A model generated the notes under the pieces. The model was not told where the DNA came from. It was given only the letters and a program-made list of their open reading frames with translations, and searched no databases. A stretch of DNA of 64,000 nucleotides from Tubiluchus corallicola (Eukaryota; Animalia; Priapulida): assembly GCA_030141605.1 (NCBI GenBank), contig JAQGDQ010000167.1, forward strand, positions 211,877-275,876. The letters are read 5' to 3'. The translations under genes and the position numbers were made by a program. The first letter of the stretch is position 1, and the number at the start of each line of letters is the position of its first letter. Shown one piece after another: positions 25,873 through 64,000 of this stretch.

Positions 25873-26059
25873 ACAGCATGCAAATTAGCACAATTTAGCT
25901 GCAGTTTCTGTGCAAAATTTTTAACAAACTAATGGTGGTTTTATTGCAGAAAAAATCAAGTAATATGCATGATATTTGCACGACCACTTGTTAGTAGTGG
26001 TTCGAAAATCTTTCAAACTCAATTCGAATTTGCTTTCTGGTAGAGAATGCTCACCATTA
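25724..26059 (+). mobile_element. hAT-like MITE, family A, ~115 nt downstream of the protease stop
   Basis: TIR TAGGGGTGAGCAT / ATGCTCACCATTA; perfect 8-bp TSD GCAATCAC. Confidence 0.88.
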
Positions 26060-26172
26060 GCAATCACTAAAATTAAATTTACAACGGCAAAAACAATTCT
26101 ATTAAATAATATTCATAATTAAAATATAACCACCACAATTGAAATACTGTAAAAACCAATCACAGATTGTCA

Positions 26173-49409
<23,237 letters not shown>

Positions 49410-51154
49410 GGCATCATACTTGAAAACACAAAAATAATAATAATAACGTCACACACAGCTGTACTACGCAAAATAAGATAGTTTTGGATTTGGCATAACT
49501 GTAAACATTTACCTAATCAGTGCAACCCGATCAAGGGTCACTCATTGCAGACATTACAGGTTACCGTTACTATTTTAATGTTAGCTTTTGTTGCTGTTTA
49601 GAACAATTTTAAACTTCCATACTTCTGTGCCTAATTTACGCTTACAGCAGCTAAATGTAATAACACTTTTCAGTAAAACAGAGAAAATAAAGAAATATTT
49701 GGGCTAAAGTTTACAATTCTCCACATACAAGAGATTAGTTCAAGAAGCGGATTAAGATTAGGCTTAGCTTAGAATTAGGGTTTTTAAAATATGTGAAAAA
49801 TCATCCTATCTTATTTTAACACTAGCTGTAACATGTCAAGTATCATGTTCATTATCTTCTGATATCAAGATTTATAATTCTTCTAGTTTGGTGCTGCTAT
49901 TGTTGGTATTGTTGCTGAAGTTGTTGGAGCTGGTGATGCTCCACGTATTATAAATGTCGCTGTTGTCGTCATAATCACAGCTGCAGTCATTGTGGTTGTC
50001 TCCTCAAGGCAATGTTGAACATAATTTCAACCAAATAAGGAGAAGCATCGTATGAAAAACGAAAGAAATATACATAGAATGAAAAACAGTACAAAAACGA
50101 AAACATCCAAAACAGGGAAAGAACTAGAAAGGTGGAAAATGTAATTAATGAAGACCACTTTTTTATTCCCAGAAATGTAAAATTGTGTACACGTTTGAGA
50201 TCTTTTAACGAAAACAATTTGTACAATACGTTACAAGATAACAATTGTTGTTCCCAAATTTAAATGAATTAATGCTAAGTATAATTGTAGTTATTATACA
50301 AGCACAGTGTGTATTGAAAGTAAACAAGTTGTTATCAGCAAGAGTACACAAAGCAGCGATCAAGTGTACAAAGCGGTGACTGTAGTGGGCTACAAAAAGG
50401 ACACAATTAGACAAACAAACAGTGATAATTGGAACCGGATGTTATTATCTTGTTTAATTTAACATACAGGAACATTATTCTGCTGACAGTTAATTGACTA
50501 ATATCATGCAGTGGATGGTGGTTCCAGCTAGTGACCAAAAAGGTGAAGTAATGAGTATTATAGCACTATGATAAAGCCAATTTAGGCACAATGGTTTGCT
50601 CTAATATGTTTAGTGACAGAAATACGCGCACAGTAATAATGTGAAATCCATATTTCAACAAAACGATAACATAAAATATAGCAAAAAATAGTGAAATGCA
50701 TGTTTCCATTTCAGTGAAACTATACTAGGATAATCCAGTATTTAAATACAGCGATAAAAGAAAACAGTACTATAGTCAATTAGTCATAGATAGAGATATG
50801 TGTACAAGCATTGTAGATTGTATTGCCTTTGGCTCTAGACTATTGCATTTACACTTTGTAATCTGCTTCAGCATAAACATTTATTTGAAGCCATCATCAA
50901 ACTATGTGTACGTATGTATTGCACCTTTCCTTTTTTGCAAAGAATTGTTGATACCATTTTTAACGGTGTTTCAATCCCTGCTTTGTCAGCATCTTCGTTA
51001 ATTAAACACCTATCAATTTTTTGTGAGGCACGCCCAAACGAATGAAAGAATGCCTTCCTTTGGACCTAACCAAGAACACACTATACAGAGTACAAAACTA
51101 AAAAAGTTGTAAAAACAAATTAAACCAAAATGTAGGTGACCGACATTGATATAT

Positions 51155-51160
51155 TTTATT
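51155..51160 (-). promoter_or_regulatory. Candidate G-alpha-i polyadenylation signal
   Basis: TTTATT on + (AATAAA on -), ~3.2 kb downstream of the stop at the end of a UTR-like tract. Confidence 0.35.
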
Positions 51161-54100
51161 GTAACATAAATTTATGTACAAAATCAAGTATTTCATGTTA
51201 TCCGTTCTGTGTGGTTTTCAGTATAAGTTATAGAAAGCTGTACAAATTCACTAAGTAGAAAAGAATATTTTAGGAAACACGAAAAGATTATCAAGTTCAA
51301 CACTTATTCTATGAGCGTTGGATACAATTAATGTACTTGTTTATATAACATACATAATAGCTGTTGAATACACTACTGGCAAATTAAATATATCCAGCTA
51401 TTAGATAATAGATTTCAGAATAATATTCAGCAATATTAAATGAAAATTTCTACAAGTCTCTAACAGTCTGTTCAGCTAAAGCCACAGCTATCTGTTACTA
51501 TAGCAACCAGTCATATTTACTACGCAGCAGCTAATAAACAGTGCATCAACATAATAATTAATATAAATCATTTTATATAATCATGAATAAACGGCATTGA
51601 TCAATGACAATTAAAAACTATATTTACAGTGAAAAATAAAACTACTAATCTATTTACCAAAAAGCTCATTTATCATAACTTAATCATTTTCACCTTGATC
51701 AATGCAAAATTTCATTTCTATTGGCGAACACAGGTTTTGATTGGAATAATTTAATCTTCTCATTTAAGAAATAACAAAACAGGTACAGGTATTACAATGC
51801 TTGGATCACTATTTTGCTACAGCGTCTAGAAGAAGTGGAGCCCGAAAGGAATAACTGGAAACAAAATCATTCTCTGCACTAGGGGTGTATTTGTCAGTAG
51901 GCTAACCGGGTTCCCTATTAGCCAAATTTTGAGGGAAGCCAGGTTTTAGGATTCCAGCGTTAAGAAATTCTTATTCCCTTTCAGCTCATGCGCATCCTTT
52001 CATGTATAGAGCGCGTATTTTATACCAAACCACAAGCAGTTACTATGTCCGCTTTTATATAAGCGCTATCCAAATATATGTAATTAAAGATATCCATGTT
52101 CGTCAGGGGTGTGCAAATTATCTGACTAGCCGGGCCACATTAAACATTCCGCAATTCCTGTGGGCCATGGTTTGGTGGGGTGTGGTTGTTTTTTGTGTTG
52201 TTTTACGTTGTACGTAATTTTGCTATTAACACACCACAAGTAAATCTGTTTAGCATTTAAAAAAACGTAAATACATAATAGAGATGGGTGGGACTGAATT
52301 ATCAGCCTAGGTGACGAGCCCCTGCTAGCAGTGTTGTCAAACCTATGCTAATCTGTCATTAAAGACATTTAAACAAAAAGTCGTTGTTAACGTGTTTTCT
52401 CAGAATAGAGAACAAGTTGAAAGACATACATTATTTTAACTTTTTAAAATGTTTTTCATTAAAAAGATGCAGTGCAACGAGTTTTACGTTACTGCTTTTT
52501 GTTCATAAATGCTTACAACGAAAAACATCCCCACATTTTAGTAGCTTGCTACAGCCACTCTAGGTAAATTGAAGACTGATTATATGCACAGTGTAGACTT
52601 TAATAATTTGCAGTGTGACGACATACATGCAACAAAGCAGCTTATAACAGAAAGTTCTACATCAATGCAGATACATAAAAAACTTAACACTATACAGTAA
52701 ACTTATAGTAGTAATTTGCACAAATGTCGTCATATAATCATTGTCATGGTGAACTAAGTACAACTTAGACATGTATAAAAAAGCGTGAATGATATCCATG
52801 GGATACAAAACGCCAAAATCAAAATTCTGTAGAAACAGCATTAAAAACAGAACCTATTACTTATATGCAATCCAGTGCAAACCACATTTTACACCAATGA
52901 TAAGAACTCAAATTCATAAACTATATTTTTTCAACTTCCAATTACAGTTCATAAATGAGGCAAAAGTGAGTTATATAATTTAATATAAAAAATTTTAGTA
53001 CAAAAGAAGCCAGCAAATTTAGTCAGCCAGCTGCTATGAGCATGTGTAGAATCAGGAGGGCTACACCTAGATTAGATTTGATTCATAACTTTTCAAGAAA
53101 GTTTGTCAGGATCTAACTAAACGAATGCTAAGCAGCGAATGAGACAGGATGTAGCTATCACACCTAACTGACAAAACATGATTTTCATAATTAGAATTGT
53201 CTGAGTTTCAATTGTAACTACACAGAAGTAAGCACATCTATTACTTGTTGCAAACGTTTCGATATAGCACAACAGAAATCTTCGCACGTGTTATAGAAAT
53301 GATCTGCATGTCTTTTTGCTTTAAAAAAATGGAAACAATGACTGACATTTGTTCATCAGTAGCTTATTTGCACTCCCTAGTAACAAAACAGACAGGGAGT
53401 AAAAGATTGATAAGAGTAGTAAATACGTAAGCCAAAATATTTGTGAAAGTAAACGAACATGATACGAATGTTAACAAGTAACTGTCAAGAGGTTCAGGAA
53501 TTTATCTATAACCAGAACATAGTCATCAATTTTAGCATCGAAATTTAAAAAAACACGTGCTTACTGATATTGAAGAGACATTGACAATCGTTTTCTCCCA
53601 GGAGATGTGTTTCACTCGAGTTCCCAAAAATGTTATAAAGCTTTCTGGGACAAAAACTTGGTTAGAAAAATGTCCTCCCGAAAAAACATAACAACAGTTT
53701 AACTCGGTTTTCTAATACATGCATCTTAAAGTTGGAATTGAGAAAAAGCCGAAGCGATAGTAAGGGGACTATAGTGTCAGAGCACTGATAGTTAAACAAT
53801 AAAAATTGTGATAAATTTAGAAAATTTACAACTTCCTCTCTTAGAGTACAAGAAATACCAAATAGATTAAGTGAATTTGCTGCAAAATAAGGATTGCAGT
53901 GATCAAGCAGTTGTTCTTGTGCACGTTTATGCAAGTTTATCTGATAAATTAATACAGGCACTATGATTGCTACTCTCATTTCTTTATAAAATTTAAAAAA
54001 ACAAAGGCGTTTAGGAATTTCTGACATTTAAACATGGCTAGAAATAGTTCCCATTTTTCTTCAAAATGCGCAGCACAGTGAATACATAAATCATTGAAAA

Positions 54101-54384
54101 CAAATTTAGAAAACTTAGTTAATAAGCAAGTAGAATTTATATCAGATGGTAACTGTTACAGTCTATTAATATACTAGAGTGCAAGAGGTGTTCAAAAATG
54201 AAGTTTTGTTCCATAAAAACACGGAAGTATCTTATGCATGAAGATTTATAACCAGACTTTTGCAGAAGTTATTACAGTTATTATGCGAACATTTATAAAT
54301 CTTATCGGCACACTAAGCGGGTCTTTAAGACGAGGTGTATAAAAGCTTGGCAATGATATGCTGTTCATGCACGATCCGATTTTG

Positions 54385-62359
<7,975 letters not shown>

Positions 62360-62518
62360 CTGTAGTGAAAATGCATAACGTAACTAGGAAGCATCATTAA
62401 AATGCATAAACAATGTATGTATATATGCAAAGTACAGATCAGCTGCAAAGCAATCATATTATTTGGTTTGCATGCTTAAGGTGGCAATCCAATACTTTTG
62501 AATATTCTCTGTTGTAAC

Positions 62519-62835
62519 TAGGGGTGAACATCGAATGTTCGAATCGAATTCGCTGCAAACAAGGTTTTTTAGTGTGAATTTGATTCGTACCTAAAATTAT
62601 AAATTAGAATAGTCCAGCACTTCAGCCACATACATTCCTTATTATTAAAATGTTTGAAACTTCAGCTGTGATTTCTGTGCACAATTTTTAAATAAATTAT
62701 TAGTGATTTTACGGCAGAACAAAATAGAATGTAAGATCGCTTTTTACTGGCAGTTCAAAAATTTGTTGTAAAATCTTTCAAACAGAGTTAAAATTTGATT
62801 CGAATTCGCTTTCTGGTAGAAAATGCTGAGCCCTA
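62519..62835 (+). mobile_element. hAT-like MITE, family A, in a G-alpha-i intron
   Basis: TIR TAGGGGTGAACAT / ATGCTGAGCCCTA; perfect 8-bp TSD GTTGTAAC. Confidence 0.88.
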
Positions 62836-64000
62836 GTTGTAACTTGTACTCTGCCGACATTACAGCAATGTCAAAAATGCGCAACAAATGCACAGCTTCA
62901 TCAGCACGTGATGATTTATGCAAATTTTCATAGATATTTTAGTATCTAAAACATCTTAAAAGCAGAGTTCAATAATTAAATTTAGGAGCATTCATATGGC
63001 TCTTCAGAGTAAGACAAAACATTTCGTATCAGTATCCAGCAAATCTATTATGTGTTTTACCAAATGAGAATTGTTTAGCTTTGTACAGCAACATACCAAC
63101 AAAAATGTATATATAGTTACATTTTATAGGTGGCAATTTTTTAGTTTTAAAATACCCAACAAAGAAAATTAGTACTACTCAGAACAAAAATAATTCAAGC
63201 ATACTGTTTGTGCTCATATTGTACTGTATAATGTATAAAATAATTTTTTCGGCCAATTCGAATAATAAAAATCAAAATACATTTCAAATTTTTACAATAA
63301 TTAGGTTTTTACTGGGTAAAAAATAACTGTGCACTAAAAACTGGAAGTACTGCATCCTAGTATCTATTTTTCTGGTAGCCTTAGCTGAATTGTTTCCAGA
63401 AAATTAATTTTAATTCAAGTAATAATGATAACATAGATGTACAATGCACTGTACAGATGTCACAAATCTCAAATTTTCCAATTTCAATCAAATCCAAATC
63501 TGATTTTACAATAACTTTTGAACCAGACAGAATCTGAATTTCATTCTGAGACAGTTTTAAAGGTTTGAATCCGACGTAGACATTTTTTGAGACCAATCAA
63601 ATTTGTGTTTCGCAAAACAGTGCGCATCTACGTGTATAATGTTACATTATGTGTGGCTAAAAATAGAATTAACAAGAGTTATAATTAATACAAAACTGTT
63701 CGTGTGTGTACTGTGTATGGTATTTGAGCATTAGTCTTCATTCTATTAATTGACAGGATCATGTTTGCTTTTTAATGCATGTATTTTATAAGTCTTTCTT
63801 TTTTGTTTATTTTGAGATGTATCGTGATAATCGACATTTAGTTACTTGTGTGAAATTGAGTTGAAGTTACAGTTGAAGGGCCTATCGAGTGCAACATTTG
63901 TTTGTTTGTTTGTTGGTTTGTTCTTTGCTGCTTGTGTCAGTTGTACCTATATACAAGTTATTCATGATCTTTTGCTGTATTGCACAATAGGATCATCATT

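Noticed and set aside
50300-54380. Additional gene between G-alpha-i and the protease
   Set aside because: Only short compositional ORFs with no recognisable domain or exon chain; consistent with 3'UTR and intergenic DNA.

Overview
AT-rich eukaryotic genomic DNA from an invertebrate animal (inferred, probably protostome or ecdysozoan). It is intron-rich, so most ORF-track entries are exon fragments or noise. Four spliced genes can be rebuilt by hand from splice signals and frame continuity. (1) The 3' part of CAPS/CADPS (UNC-31) on + (588-13512), with two GC-AG introns and two candidate microexons. (2) TMEM115 on - (18370-24421), carrying a little-decayed 5'-truncated LINE in an intron. (3) A 19-exon, ~1089-aa secreted mosaic serine protease on - (26173-49409): signal peptide, 2x chitin-binding CBM14, Thr/Pro linker, CUB, CUB with a long insertion, Cys-expanded TSP1, 2x Ig, and a trypsin-fold protease with coagulation-protease signatures (Ser195 AGC, Ser214 AGT, Tyr225). 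(4) The 3' part of G-alpha-i on - (54385-62359). Introns and UTRs hold many MITEs (hAT-like with 8-bp TSDs, Tc/mariner-like with TA), tRNA-derived SINEs, minisatellites and local duplications. The most interesting item is the mosaic protease, a candidate chitin-sensing cascade initiator; its novelty cannot be confirmed without a database search.
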